In this document: positions 55,101-63,875 of the stretch, piece by piece | How positions within the stretch are numbered: position 1 is the first letter of the stretch | How the letters are laid out: every line of letters starts with the position of its first letter | Assembly (NCBI GenBank): GCA_002633005.1 | Contig: NMRA01000044.1 | Coordinates: 1,097,207-1,161,206 of the forward strand | Source of the DNA: Phoronis australis | Taxonomy: Eukaryota > Animalia > Phoronida | DNA: 64,000 nt | Reading direction: 5' to 3' | Program-made: the position numbers and the translations under genes | The notes under the pieces: generated by a model | What the model saw: only the letters and a program-made list of their open reading frames with translations | Told to the model about the DNA's origin: nothing | Database searches by the model: none

Positions 55101-58100
55101 CTGCAGCTCGTGTCGTACTTTCTTCTGTCTTCCCAAGTGCTTCCTGAGAAGAGGAGAAACATAATTGTGCTGACAAAATATGGTTCAACGAGGCAACCAA
55201 AGACAGCAGCATCTCCCGTCCGATGTTTTGTAGGAGTTGCGTGTGGAAAAAAGTTTCCGTGCATGCACACGAGAAAATCGAGAAAATGCAGTCGCATCAT
55301 GAAACACTGAGGATATGCGCTACCACATTTCATGAAGATACAGAGTCCCTCAAGTTTGGTTGAAACCACGCAAGAAATGTAGGACCTGCACAAAGAATAA
55401 AATTTCCCTACATGCAAGTGTAAAAATCAGGAACGCGCCATAGTTCAACGAAATGTGGTCAACTGTAAAATACCGACAATTATGTGCTAACTATACTTTG
55501 TAAGAGTAGTTTTTTGAAAGTTTGGTCAACATCCTTTGAAAAATGTAGGACGCGCATAAAAGAAAGTTTCCCAAATAGCAGACATGAAAGTCATAAGCGG
55601 GCCACAATTCAAAGAAATACAGTCGAATTTCAAAACGGTGATGACGTGTGCTACGGCAGTTCGTAAAGATATTTTCTGAAAATTCAGTCAACATCCAATG
55701 ATGAAATGTAGAAGTTCAGCACAGTACATTTATCTGCAGACAGACGGAGAGACGGAATGATGCGTACCATTGCTATATCCTGTTCGGCAGGGGATTTAAA
55801 GCCTCTTTGAGGCCTCTTTCTGGATCGTTTTGCATCTTCCAGCCATTTTGCAAGACAAGTGCACGTGAATAGAGAATAGCTTTACTAAAAAAACGGTGAC
55901 CTCTCACTCGTGTGATTCTACATAACTTGGCAAACTTGCACAAAATAACAACACAACACACGTCTGTTCTCATGTACTCACTTCGAGCTGTCCTGCGCGT
56001 CATATGACGTGTCCAGCAATGGATTGAGTGCACTCAGTTTCTTCCGCTTTTTCCGACTGTTCAAGTGCATGACGGAGCTCCTCTCACAACGTTTAAACTT
56101 CACAACAAAACTCTACAAGAAAAAGACTAAAGTTAATGATAAAACCCAGCTAGTGACTATCCATAGAATCCGACCACACAAGATCTATATCCCTTGTTCT
56201 TAAAAGCATGAAAATAATTACAGATATTTTCAAAGCATAATTCGTCACATAATTACCAACCAATACGGTCTATGAGTGAAATGCTTTTTTGTCAAATTTA
56301 TCCACAAAAATAAGGGTTAAAGGAAATTTTACTCTAACACTGGCATGGTTTGTACATTGTAGATGTCATAAAACAACATTTGCTAATTTAGTCTCCATTA
56401 TTTTTAGCAACATAATCAGTCTTTTATTCACATTAAGTAGAGAACATAACCGTATTTCCAAAAACGTTGATTATGCCAATTCCAAATCATGATTTTCACA
56501 ATTTTTCAAAAATAAAATCAACAGCATTTCATTAAATAGTTTGTGAGCCCCTCCTCCAGCGTATGCCAGCACATTTCCTAAAGATTCTCTAGTGCAAAGT
56601 CAAACTGAAAAGCTTAGAAGGTTGACTGCAGCATTCACCCTTATTTGCAGGTGAGACCATTTAACTTTACACATGTGCGCACCCAGTGCGAAATGGGCAA
56701 AAAGTTTCGCCTCATAGAAACAAAAAGTCCGAGAAAACTAGAAAAGTCACAGGAATTTGGCGTGAATGCACAATTCATAGGTCTGAAGGTAGTACCCTGT
56801 TTTTTTAGCCCCCTCGGCGCGAATGCACAATTCGTAGGTCTGAAGGTAGTACCCCGTTTTTTTAGCCCCCATTTCTTTTTTCAGTAAAAGGTCCACATAC
56901 TGAAAAATTCGAGCCCCCCCCCCATATTTTAGGCTGGATGCATGCATGTTACCGACATGACTGTATGGTTAAAATTTTCCAGTTTGGTCAAATGTGGAAT
57001 GTGCCCCTTTAATCACCGTTACCTCTAATCTTGTGTTGGCTTGAAATGTGTACAGTAACTCCAGAACTCCAAGTCCTCTGCAACAGAAGAATGTGACAAG
57101 GAACACTAGACAAATTATTAAACATAGCAACTTTCACTTGGCTCTGTTTTGGTGAGTTCACCCAAAGATGGCATTGTTTTGGTGAGATCTCCCAAAGATG
57201 GCATTGTTTAGATGATTTCACCCAAAGGTGGCTCTGACATCTGCTGTTGTACAATTTGTACCTAATTCCTGCCGAGATAAAAGCGCAATTCACTATAAAA
57301 ACATCGTGGTTGTGTCACCAAGTGGATCCTAAGGTTTGAAGTGGCCGGTAGTTTTCATCAGCCATCAAACAACTTGTCCAAGTGATTAAACACATTTGAC
57401 ACATTAGTAGACTTGCAAGGACTTCAAACTTGCTCAATGTTTTTGAAGATTGTCGAGGTCACAGAGCCTTATTTTGTTTAAAAGTAAAGTGATCTAGCTG
57501 TAATAAGCATACAATTGACCAATCGCAAGCTCCACCTCCTTGCGAAATGTCAACAATCAAACAATAATTTGACCTGGTAACGTTTTGTTTGTCGGGTAAA
57601 ATGGCGGCTTGGAAACAAACGCGTGTCAAGAATGCCGCGTTCTAATTGGTCGGTTAAACCGTCACTCAAAATCCTGGCGATATGTCAATTATTAATAGGC
57701 TAAACTAGGGCTGAGTATCCTTCTGACAAAAGATTTTGCATCATCAGCAATCCATTGACAACTAACTAAATTAACTTGGACACCAGCTCCACTTACTGAT
57801 GCTTGGCATCAATCAGTGCTTTCGTCTCCGGACACTGTTCAAACCTGTCTGCAGTGTTATACAGCTTTATCATCTTCTTCACATCCTTTGAGTCATGGTC
57901 TGCAAAGTCAAAGGTCAGAAATGAACAAAGGAAATATGGGCGACCAATCAGGTGTCGCGTAGAGAAATGTATGAATACAAAAGTAGGCCCTTGAGGCTAT
58001 AAATAGAGATGAGTAATGCAAAATAAACCCTAAGGGTTGGTATCAAAATAAAGAGACAAATGTCAAAATAATGACGATAAATGCATTTAACAAGTTAAAT

Positions 58101-61100
58101 TTAATTTATCGTAATCTATTTTGCCCGGGGTACGCCACAAGCTATGTTGCAGACTAAAACAAGAGGAGGATTGCGAATAATGTCATTTATTATGACGTAA
58201 ATAGATAAAACTAACTAAGACTCTGCAAGATGGGCATGGACAAAACGTCATAATGGCAGCACAGGAATGCTGACATCGCCCATCACTCTGCAACATAGCT
58301 CATGGCATACCCCGGGCAAAATAGATTATGATAAATGATTTTAGTTGCTTTTCTAAACTGTTTACTTCATCTAACATAATAATACACATGTCTGTCTGCA
58401 AATCGAAAACATCAAATGCGGGCATAATTAAAAATGATTAATAGTACAGTTTTATATTTTCAATTGAAGCAACCCTCACAAAATATTTAAAAATGTGTTT
58501 TTAATGGTAAACATTCAACATACAGCTCATGAGAGCATCCAAGGGTCTTTTGCTTGATCAAATTTCTAATTCTGGTGTGCAAGAGTAGACAGGAACGAAA
58601 CACAATTTCATTCATTCACGGACGTTTGGAAAGGTTGTTTTTGTGTGAATCTTGTTAATATCCTAACACATCAGTGTTTTGACAGCATGATGATCGTCAA
58701 GAATACACAAATAAACTTGGAAATATCCCACTGCATTCAGTCCATACAAGAACACCGAGCGATGCCCATCAACAACACTATCGCCATCTGGCAAAACAGG
58801 GCATGTTTCATCATGTCGACGCTGTACTGGGAAATGGCCACTATCACCAATAAAATTGGTCTCCAAATTTTCCTGAGCATGACAAGACTCTATAATTTCC
58901 ATTTCCATGGTAAAGTGAAATTTCAAATTGCAGAAATGACGTCAATATAGATAATAAAGGAAAAAGTACAAAAGCATTTTGACGGAGGATCGGTGGAGTG
59001 TCAGTGGAGTGTCTCGACAAGAAACACTTTATCAATGCTGCCCTTTACTGCAACCCCTTAATTACGCAATCTGCTTACGTTTCTGCCTGGGTACCGGTCT
59101 GTCTGTTCGTCCATCCAGCAACAGCAGCAAGGGCTCCAGGAGGATGGCAATCTCATCCGCGTCGGCATAGTAACCAAAACTCACCAGGTAGTGCAGAAGC
59201 CTTAGAACCTACAACAGAGTAAAGTTTTGGATGCAGGTTCTATCTTTTCCTGCAGAGTTCTCGAAATCGCAATCGATTGTAAAATCCATTCATACGAAAG
59301 TGAAAATTTTCACATACACTGGCCAAATGTCGGCATACACAAGAAAGTCTATTCCGATTTATAAGGAACATTGATAAGAGGGGGAGCAAGTCATTCTACG
59401 ATTTTTCATATTCTCTAAACTTGAAATAAAAGTCCCCAAACAAGCAGCATGGATCCCTAATGTGACGCTAGATACTGCGTTTCAGCCTGTTTACCTAGCT
59501 AGAACAAAAATCAAATTAGGCCTATTTTATAAAATTGGCCTCATAATATTCTAACCATGATAGGATTGTATGTGCAATACCAATTGAAGTCACAGGCAAT
59601 GCGCAATTCTTGAATTCGCAATTTTAGGGTTGCCTAACCCATTATACTCTAAAGCATTTCCTTGAGTCCCTGACAGTTCTCATATTCTTATAATTGATAA
59701 TGGAAATAGAACCCAACCATACTAACGAATATTACAAGACGGCTTCATGACACTCAGTGTTAACGGCATAATTCAATTTTTACTTTTAGCTAGCTAAGCA
59801 AGGTGTAATGCAGTTTCAAAAATATCTGGTGTTTGGTATTAAATGAAAATGCATCTAAGAAAATGTCTTTAGTTTCATTTTGTAAGTTTTTATTCCAGTA
59901 TTAGACTCAAACTTGATCTGTTTTCTCAACTGGATGTTTCAAAATTTTCTTCTTTTTCGCTTTTCACTAAATCGATAAACTTTTGGGTCAACATGAGATG
60001 TAAACAAAAATATATATTACGTGCACAAAATAACAATAGAGGATGCATCTTATATATACTATGACAGCAACTTGACATGGGCTCATGAAAATGTTGTCCC
60101 GTGTCAGGGATTACGGAGGCTGAGAATTTGGGAAACCCATCTTGGATGCACTATTTTTAAATTTCTGGATGAATGCATGGTAGGCATTAAGCAGAGCATG
60201 GGAAATTAAACGCGTGAATTTGTAAAATTTCACAGATGGTCGTTAAACCGAACAACGATGTCGCACATATCAGAAGACACAGGTACATGATTTACCTGCT
60301 CAATCAATTTATTCTGGCCAATGGTCGAGGCGCACATTTCCGTGTTCTTGACCAGGAAGTCGGCAATCCAGTCACGGACCACTGGATACACTGTCACCAA
60401 ATCTTCAGAAATCTGGATTCACAATAATAACAATAATAATAACAATAATAACAATAATAATAATATTAACAATAACAATGGTATAACAATAACGATGACA
60501 ATAACAACCATAATAAAAGCAATGAGTTTGTGTATGGGGTGATATAGTGCCAATCTATCAATAACAAAGTCGTATGGAACAACACATGCTGTTCATAATT
60601 TTTGCACAAATATTTCATCAATGTTCTACTACAAGAGATTATGTCGGTAATGTTGAGTGATAGCTTAAGCATAGTTAATTTATCTAGTTTCCAATAGATG
60701 GTGTTCGCCTACATACATTGTCTGTCTGTTACGTCCTCATTAAAGGTCAAGTCTCTACTCTAAATGCTGATTTTGCACACACAAAATCACTTGTCGGAAC
60801 AGGTAATTTTGCCAAACCTTCCTATGCAAGAAGTAACACCGTACCTGCTTCTTTTGTTTTAGTTTCTCGGCACGAGGGTCGTCGACTTCTTCGTAGACAT
60901 ACACCAACTGCCGCTGATCAAGCACTGAGAAGTTACTTCCCACATTGACAAAGAGGTCTAAAAAACGAGGACGACAAAGTACACTTTTATTGCAAAAACA
61001 GTCAGTCACCACTAAACTATATGATAATTTCTGAAACCTGTAATCAATGCTGTATATCTGGTATTTCTACTTACCAGTATTAACTAGTATAGGGTTTTAA

Positions 61101-62888
61101 AAAAACATAAAGAATTCTGAATTTTTAACACAAAAAGATCAATTTTTGTGTAATATTTCAGACAAAACCTGTCAAAATTGAAGAAAATTAACTTAAGTTG
61201 CAATTTCAACTTAATTAAGCACAAGTTAATTTTAACCACTTTCGATGGTCAAATTTTCTGAAACGATATTCAGTTATGATGGAGTAAACTACATGCCTCT
61301 AAACTTACCGATGATAAGACTGCAGTACTTTGCTCTAAGATCAGCTGGAACCATCTCTGATTGTAAACAAAAGAAGGCCTGCTCCCATGTTAAGATGTCC
61401 AAATCTTTGGTGATGGTACGGATAGCATAGGCATTTTTACCCTGTAACAAAAGGCAGTCATCATTTTTTTCAGTATTTTAGCATTGCAGGGTTGTAGTCT
61501 TGGACATGAATTTGATGGGAAAAAAATTGATCAATCACTTTTGTTTAAGTATGGCCTCATACCGACATGAACTGATTTAACATGAAAATGAAAAAGACTT
61601 ACCAGTTCAATCGGTGCATCAGTAGGGATGGACAATTTCCGGCACTATTTCTTGAAATTTACAAATAGTTTCTAACGTTTCCAAACCCTAGGAAAATTGA
61701 TGTTTTGGGGAATTTTGCCCAGGTGGGTCACCAGTATCAGTCTCACTAAATTCTCATCGGCTGATCCTTCAAAAATTGGATAAATCAGTGGTGTCCTGAC
61801 TTAGTTATATGAGTAGTCTGTGAGAGACTGAAAACACACAAAAAAACAAATCCTGCATACAGCGGCTAAATAGCTGTCTATTTTCTGAGCATACCTGGTT
61901 CGCTTGGCCTACCTTTTATTTGCACGTCTTTGTAACAAGTTACAGTAAAACGTTCGCAGGTCATTTTGCCAACAAGATATAACAACAAGTCCGGAACACG
62001 GCGGGACACAAGACGATCACAGGCATTGATAGACTTTATCAAGAGTTGCAACTCCTTCCATAAAGAGAACGGGAAAGTTGACGAGTTTGACGTTACTTGG
62101 AAGAGCTTCATAGATGTGTGGCTGTAGTTAAGACAAGAACTAAGATCGATCACAACTGACATTTTGCGGAAATTAAAAATAAAACAGCAGGGAACACCAA
62201 ACACACTCGACACGTTCGAACAATCCCGCGAAAGAGAGGCGATTGGGGTGACACCTGACGTGCATTATGTAGATCTAGCTGAACAGAGACATCTGGTTGA
62301 GTTATTTTGGACTTGCCACTTACCGCACAAAGTTTACCGAGCAAATCAAGCTGGCGATCCAAAAACAAGTATTTGTTTTCTTCGTAGTCAAACCCGTCTT
62401 TCTACAAAACCAATAACACAAAATATCAGGCATGAAGAAAAACATTTAATGACTGCAAACGCACACCACGTTTTCTAATCCTCACTTCACACTGAATTGT
62501 TTTTAGACTTGTACTTACAGAGCAGATTAATCACTGAAAAAAACAAAAGGCGAATAAATTGCTGCAACACCATGCAGGCTAACTGAGTAGCAACCTATTT
62601 ACCTGTTTTTGTAAGTACTTAGTAAATACTAGGCGTACAGTACAACTGAATTCCACCAATTAAAGCATCAAGCGTCCGGCTCAGTGGGCCCTGGCCCGCG
62701 GCACCAAATGAGCAATGTAAATGTATCATGGCGATACTGTTTTATTTTTTCTCTGCACCACAGCAGTAGTCACATACCTTGACGAAATCATGGAGAGGTA
62801 CCCACGACTGTCCAATATCAGTGGATATGTAAGCCATATTGTGCTCCCGTCCGATGTACTGCCCGCGCTCCACCAGGTAAACGTCGCT
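12992..62888 (-). CDS. ITPR: Divergent inositol 1,4,5-trisphosphate receptor-like Ca2+ release channel; multi-exon gene, 5' end outside window
   Basis: 45 GT-AG exons join in one frame (6213 nt incl. stop). ITPR/RyR hallmarks: LLAVCAEGENRYIE, RIH-associated MCDGQN..QNYLRDQ, S6 LNVIFGIIVDTFSELR, TCFIC...HVRHEHSMWSY. Family is secure; exact orthology is not. Confidence 0.93.
13826..14083 (-). CDS. ITPR: ITPR-like exon (zinc-site His pair, linker/C-terminal helix)
   Basis: GFAHHVRHEHSMWSYIFFFIHL...DYTALE...FFPLNQALS...KKQREE|gtaggt. Confidence 0.92.
15279..15356 (-). CDS. ITPR: ITPR-like exon (CFIC zinc motif)
   Basis: WTAESDMRDTCFICNRGSHDFEHHGL|gtgagt. Confidence 0.92.
15776..15928 (-). CDS. 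ITPR: ITPR-like exon (S6 gate helix)
   Basis: KLNVNVTQATFFLFALYAIFHISFFIFITTIGLNVIFGIIVDTFSELRDLK. Confidence 0.93.
16606..16784 (-). CDS. ITPR: ITPR-like exon (S5, pore helix, filter)
   Basis: LSLFWVGVLGVVIFYLYGLISFAF...YCDTLWQCTVTVMRYGLVGDIFD. Confidence 0.92.
17611..17734 (-). CDS. ITPR: ITPR-like exon (S3-S4)
   Basis: VFVAMSAAGTKAEGYFFAFHLINIVNNNQLLQGVIKAVTQN. Confidence 0.9.
18116..18245 (-). CDS. ITPR: ITPR-like exon (poly-Asp loop)
   Basis: RFRNKENTVQELE(D)11EDVSKLDINLFSFTTLYYL. Confidence 0.85.
18709..18864 (-). CDS. ITPR: ITPR-like exon (S2)
   Basis: PWPVTSSVPGYQFWILGLGGAHNLFSLFVLISYFLSNHPRLPNFGWIRKLK. Confidence 0.87.
18836..19010. repeat. Minisatellite, 65 bp x about 2.7, overlapping a splice acceptor
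   Basis: caggtactgaggatgtcacagg at 18836, 18901, 18966. Confidence 0.95.
19518..19661 (-). CDS. ITPR: ITPR-like exon (S1)
   Basis: LVWNYACILLSLAINILMLISWEARHPTMMDIEKNASSPTVLPNSVA. Confidence 0.88.
   Translation of the reverse strand, partial: VGVELCLYTAEFSYQHSDVDLLGGTPSDHDGHRKERLFTNCTTKLCG
20509..20678 (-). CDS. ITPR: ITPR-like exon
   Basis: NVLREEVKEKLKWEVDRSSPSNKIRDLMQWSKDILKDIYFQRKILRNPLAVFFTKF. Confidence 0.9.
21762..21880 (-). CDS. ITPR: ITPR-like exon
   Basis: LKLTVEQMQAYKYFQKYSLSVEVMKDGYLQKVHFRVTNK. Confidence 0.88.
22298..22409 (-). CDS. ITPR: ITPR-like exon
   Basis: DSSKTNELKDHLFDVGFGYYLTIARFNDIESPNYYTH. Confidence 0.85.
23247..23342 (-). CDS. ITPR: ITPR-like exon
   Basis: ttttag|PQSTKSVTNTKNIKGKAKNIAQAGAGLLKDMM|gtatga; phase 0-0. 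Confidence 0.75.
23455..23590. repeat. Degenerate tandem repeat, about 30 bp
   Basis: Recurrent aaaggt...aaagtatt.acca. Confidence 0.5.
23789..23941 (-). CDS. ITPR: ITPR-like exon
   Basis: QLELRKVISTLLHSLVEENGPEPQLVAKEVKDTIDRDALIRVMTECHQAIV. Confidence 0.88.
24323..24424 (-). CDS. ITPR: ITPR-like exon (RIH-associated)
   Basis: GNQPNRVVMLDNKIIDYMNFILRAGKYKDCPWDK. Confidence 0.88.
25824..25949. repeat. Minisatellite, about 33 bp x4, abutting a splice donor
   Basis: Recurrent gacaaacaatccctgtgaactactt. Confidence 0.85.
25950..26099 (-). CDS. ITPR: ITPR-like exon (RIH-associated)
   Basis: NYLRDQPDNIKTINIVAETCQFMSVLYSNISSSTIDLVIQIFETLNEFVS. Confidence 0.92.
26569..26715 (-). CDS. ITPR: ITPR-like exon (RIH-associated start)
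   Basis: GANNLRPTVGVGDDEDDVLTGLEYKDEGNICLVLRVLAAMCDGQNSSIQ. Confidence 0.88.
27517..27671 (-). CDS. ITPR: ITPR-like exon (variable region)
   Basis: SKMSLLSAPSPPEKSQHQTLIQKLSNGGIHDMYTAIDNKAKEHELMEIKVE|gtatgg. Confidence 0.78.
27689..27920. mobile_element. MITE-like element (family A)
   Basis: acggtaaaatatcaccaatttcggacaaaa ... aattggtgagattt terminal inverted repeats. Confidence 0.65.
28663..28774 (-). CDS. ITPR: ITPR-like exon (variable region)
   Basis: AHHSLSLRSVQTGSRPTSRRSLLTPQQSFDEAGKHVN; phase 0-1 fits neighbours. Confidence 0.75.
28910..29007 (-). CDS. Tentative ITPR-like cassette exon
   Basis: cattttag|..QRTVPKRRLIASCLCPFHILDLSEEGYFEGLQ|gtacag; phase 1-0. Confidence 0.45.
29217..29251 (-). 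CDS. Tentative ITPR-like micro-exon
   Basis: ctgcag|.AQLPSCLRCKF.|gtgcac; weak sites, but restores frame between flanking candidates. Confidence 0.25.
29547..29581 (-). CDS. Tentative ITPR-like micro-exon
   Basis: ttgatag|SMKGLSANNTP..|gtatgt; phase 0-2. Confidence 0.45.
29590..29844. mobile_element. MITE-like element (family A)
   Basis: tacagtaaaatatctccaattt ... aaattggtgaaattttattgta inverted termini with TA at both ends. Confidence 0.7.
30344..30560. mobile_element. MITE-like element (family A)
   Basis: tacggtgcaatatcatcaaatttggacaaaa ... aaatggtgagattttaccata. Confidence 0.6.
30880..30936 (-). CDS. ITPR: ITPR-like small exon
   Basis: ttttag|AIYNVQQSARMARRSDPLR|gtaagg; phase 0-0. Confidence 0.65.
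31730..31927 (-). CDS. ITPR: ITPR-like exon
   Basis: QSMLDYFTGTKEESFFYAIRCRFQLSAVSIKERRALAAQHEARLK...RKAME. Confidence 0.88.
32521..32733. repeat. Minisatellite, about 35 bp x6, containing a splice donor
   Basis: aacatacccattacacaccacctctgtctcacctg repeated. Confidence 0.95.
32728..32884 (-). CDS. ITPR: ITPR-like exon
   Basis: QVKLLADVQDTLNDHKAAIRVLEHLGRPSDNIVREVLAFMSMMLYNANRKVQ. Confidence 0.9.
34027..34185 (-). CDS. ITPR: ITPR-like exon
   Basis: ISAAHSTPTEKVRQEREELDVKSLQILRAMIHNEERKLPENWQLKGNNRFVK. Confidence 0.88.
34174..34447. repeat. Minisatellite, 90 bp x3, containing a splice acceptor
   Basis: gcagccgatatactgaaaatgatgaga... at 34174, 34264, 34354. Confidence 0.95.
37240..37375 (-). 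CDS. ITPR: ITPR-like exon, second copy of 44810-44945 (probably allelic)
   Basis: YVDVDGDEALPLGEEFQNHVKCFIRPEKDVAKRYQLASKLVQQL. Confidence 0.7.
37378..37500. repeat. (AAT/AAC)n microsatellite
   Basis: Direct; shorter counterpart at 44948-45025. Confidence 0.95.
37955..38125 (-). CDS. ITPR: ITPR-like exon, second copy of 45497-45698, truncated at a single N
   Basis: LMENFIEQYGSGRNLKD...YGGQNKV; 44 nt including the donor are replaced by n at 37954. Confidence 0.6.
38782..38943 (-). CDS. ITPR: ITPR-like exon, second copy of 46351-46512
   Basis: LLGEALGPSLSNASHLKHIIACVPTVLSSSSLPKSD... Confidence 0.65.
39614..39700 (-). CDS. ITPR: ITPR-like exon, second copy of 47194-47280
   Basis: TFFNKFYWPDAAEYPDEASLVDKLALSLV. 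Confidence 0.7.
40287..40485 (-). CDS. ITPR: ITPR-like exon, second copy of 47862-48060
   Basis: YIWRFMEGLVEQADDLRDYLRE...EAVFPFLQ. Confidence 0.7.
41025..41212 (-). CDS. ITPR: ITPR-like exon, second copy of 48602-48789
   Basis: GENRYIESLCQTILPIDEII...GDLPHD. Confidence 0.7.
41316..42015. other. Assembly gap, 700 N
   Basis: Run of n. Confidence 0.99.
44810..44945 (-). CDS. ITPR: ITPR-like exon
   Basis: YVDVDGDEALPLGEEFQNHVKCFIRPEKDVAKRYQLASKLVQQL; phase 1-2. Confidence 0.85.
45497..45698 (-). CDS. ITPR: ITPR-like exon
   Basis: LMENFIEQYGSGRNLKDPAQEAVQTYTVYYKDEVGLNSKFKSFAINSSLVYGGQNKVTAQLKFKSKR. Confidence 0.85.
46351..46512 (-). CDS. ITPR: ITPR-like exon
   Basis: LLGEALGPSLSNASHLKHIIACVPTVLSSSSLPKSDTVVFDRNKQHYRGSAVKA|gtaagc; donor position less certain. 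Confidence 0.75.
47194..47280 (-). CDS. ITPR: ITPR-like exon
   Basis: TFFNKFYWPDAAEYPDEASLVDKLALSLV. Confidence 0.82.
47862..48060 (-). CDS. ITPR: ITPR-like exon
   Basis: YIWRFMEGLVEQADDLRDYLRENEAKSLQVLRKAPG...FYFIEAVFPFLQ. Confidence 0.87.
48602..48789 (-). CDS. ITPR: ITPR-like exon
   Basis: GENRYIESLCQTILPIDEIITILNHPHIDNNLKKPFVRYLVWVYM (cf. ITPR GKNVYTEIKC). Confidence 0.92.
49762..49846 (-). CDS. ITPR: ITPR-like exon
   Basis: IALLTEKQPNPHLDYLIRVVDLLAVCAE. Confidence 0.88.
50462..50700 (-). CDS. ITPR: ITPR-like exon (RIH)
   Basis: AFQGNQNNCLKIQPYQVLKVV...LLNSIVKVSGLDLALKRNQGLAMKYLM. Confidence 0.9.
51007..51168 (-). CDS. ITPR: ITPR-like exon (RIH)
   Basis: DEYSVIWQVWTKALQLLRYLTRDNPEVQDKVYERFDQLMEIKTVESELALALRE. 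Confidence 0.9.
52246..52301 (-). CDS. ITPR: ITPR-like small exon
   Basis: GILDILFDMLSEEIDTGLT; phase 1-0. Confidence 0.8.
52962..53166 (-). CDS. ITPR: ITPR-like exon
   Basis: VLTTQDSIKINSEVKRYIPILRQF...RHPVNQSVLINH. Confidence 0.88.
54098..54205 (-). CDS. ITPR: ITPR-like exon
   Basis: DLSNYKYDKMLTQCLAILNKLYSSKSDLFRLAKNAQ. Confidence 0.87.
55044..55143 (-). CDS. ITPR: ITPR-like exon
   Basis: KHLGRQKKVRHELQDMFDASSYFNVDQLTAIAL. Confidence 0.83.
55982..56112 (-). CDS. ITPR: ITPR-like exon
   Basis: SFVVKFKRCERSSVMHLNSRKKRKKLSALNPLLDTSYDAQDSS. Confidence 0.8.
56759..56868. repeat. Tandem repeat, about 58 bp x2
   Basis: gaatgcacaattc.taggtctgaaggtagtacc...tttttagccccc twice. Confidence 0.85.
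57023..57077 (-). CDS. ITPR: ITPR-like small exon
   Basis: GLGVLELLYTFQANTRLE; phase 2-0 bridges neighbours. Confidence 0.78.
57140..57236. repeat. Tandem repeat, 30 bp x3
   Basis: tgttttggtgag.t..cccaaagatggca. Confidence 0.85.
57797..57899 (-). CDS. ITPR: ITPR-like exon
   Basis: HDSKDVKKMIKLYNTADRFEQCPETKALIDAKH. Confidence 0.83.
58104..58336. mobile_element. MITE-like element with about 50 bp terminal inverted repeats
   Basis: atttatcgtaatctattttgcccggggtacgcca...gctatgttgcaga (58104-58153) vs tctgcaacatagct...tggcataccccgggcaaaatagattatgataaat (58287-58336). Confidence 0.75.
59079..59208 (-). CDS. ITPR: ITPR-like exon
   Basis: VLRLLHYLVSFGYYADADEIAILLEPLLLLLDGRTDRPVPRQK (cf. ITPR LIYFGFY). 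Confidence 0.9.
60296..60412 (-). CDS. ITPR: ITPR-like exon
   Basis: ISEDLVTVYPVVRDWIADFLVKNTEMCASTIGQNKLIEQ. Confidence 0.85.
60421..60515. repeat. (AAT/AAC)n microsatellite
   Basis: Direct. Confidence 0.9.
60845..60957 (-). CDS. ITPR: ITPR-like exon
   Basis: LFVNVGSNFSVLDQRQLVYVYEEVDDPRAEKLKQKKQ. Confidence 0.83.
61309..61441 (-). CDS. ITPR: ITPR-like exon
   Basis: GKNAYAIRTITKDLDILTWEQAFFCLQSEMVPADLRAKYCSLII (cf. ITPR LPYDLRASFCRLM). Confidence 0.9.
62324..62401 (-). CDS. ITPR: ITPR-like exon
   Basis: KDGFDYEENKYLFLDRQLDLLGKLCA. Confidence 0.85.
62778..62888 (-). CDS. ITPR: ITPR-like exon (most 5' exon found in window)
   Basis: SDVYLVERGQYIGREHNMAYISTDIGQSWVPLHDFVK; phase 0-0. Confidence 0.78.
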
Positions 62889-63875
62889 CTGATAATCAGA
62901 CCCCAAGAAAAACAGCAATGAAAAAACACAGACTACTACCTTATGCCAAAACGTTGTCGGGTTTAGCTTTTAGGGTTTGTCTTTGAACCAAAACACATAC
63001 CTGTAAGATCGAGGCTGACAACAATTTGCCCCATTTCTCTTTTTACTTAAAATTGACAATTAACTGAAAGGTAATTGAGGGAGAACATTATAACTCAAAA
63101 ATCAATGACGAGTTTCTGAAAAACAAACTCAGTAATCTGTAATTGGATATTAAATTATCTTGGCCAGAGGCCCGAATGTCCCTGAAGCGATTTTGTAATT
63201 AACTTACCACGTTTTCTAACATTCCTTTGTCACAAAACAGAACGTGGCTTAAGAGTAATAATAGAATTTTCAGGGTCGTAAGTTACACTGAAACATAAAG
63301 ATTTTCAAGCAGAGATTCGCGTATATTTTCAGACACTGCATTTTTGTTACTTTTTATCAAACTTATTTTCACTCCGAAATAATTTCTTGACCCTTTCTAC
63401 TGAATTTGCGTTTAGAAATACTAGACCTAACAGTCGTTATCAATAGTACTTAAAACTGCAGTAAAGAACGTGACTAGCTTTTACTCTGACAGCCTACCAC
63501 TTCAACTCTGGTCTCAACTCTACTATTGTGAAAAGTGATTTCTGTGCCTACAAGGAACTGACATTTCGTTATTCCTGGTGACCGTGATTGGCACATACGA
63601 TGAGCAATAATTCAAGCCATAAAATCACAAGTTCTCTTGCAAACTTCGGAAATCACTTCTCATATCTGTAACGGTTAGGCCAAAAATACGATTGGTTCTG
63701 GTTTGAATTTTTGAGAATTGATTCTAAGACGCGGTGCTTTCAATCGTTTATCTTTTTACAAAATCACCGTGTACGAGCTGATGTGAAGCGTTTTTTCAGT
63801 TTTCAACGGTCCAGTGACGCCTCACCTGACATTGGAAACCCTTTTCTTAATCAGTCAAGATCATGAAAAGGATGC

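Noticed and set aside
63001-63287. Candidate further upstream channel exons (donor-like sites at 63000 and 63207)
   Set aside because: Stop codons in the required frame and no recognisable ITPR similarity.
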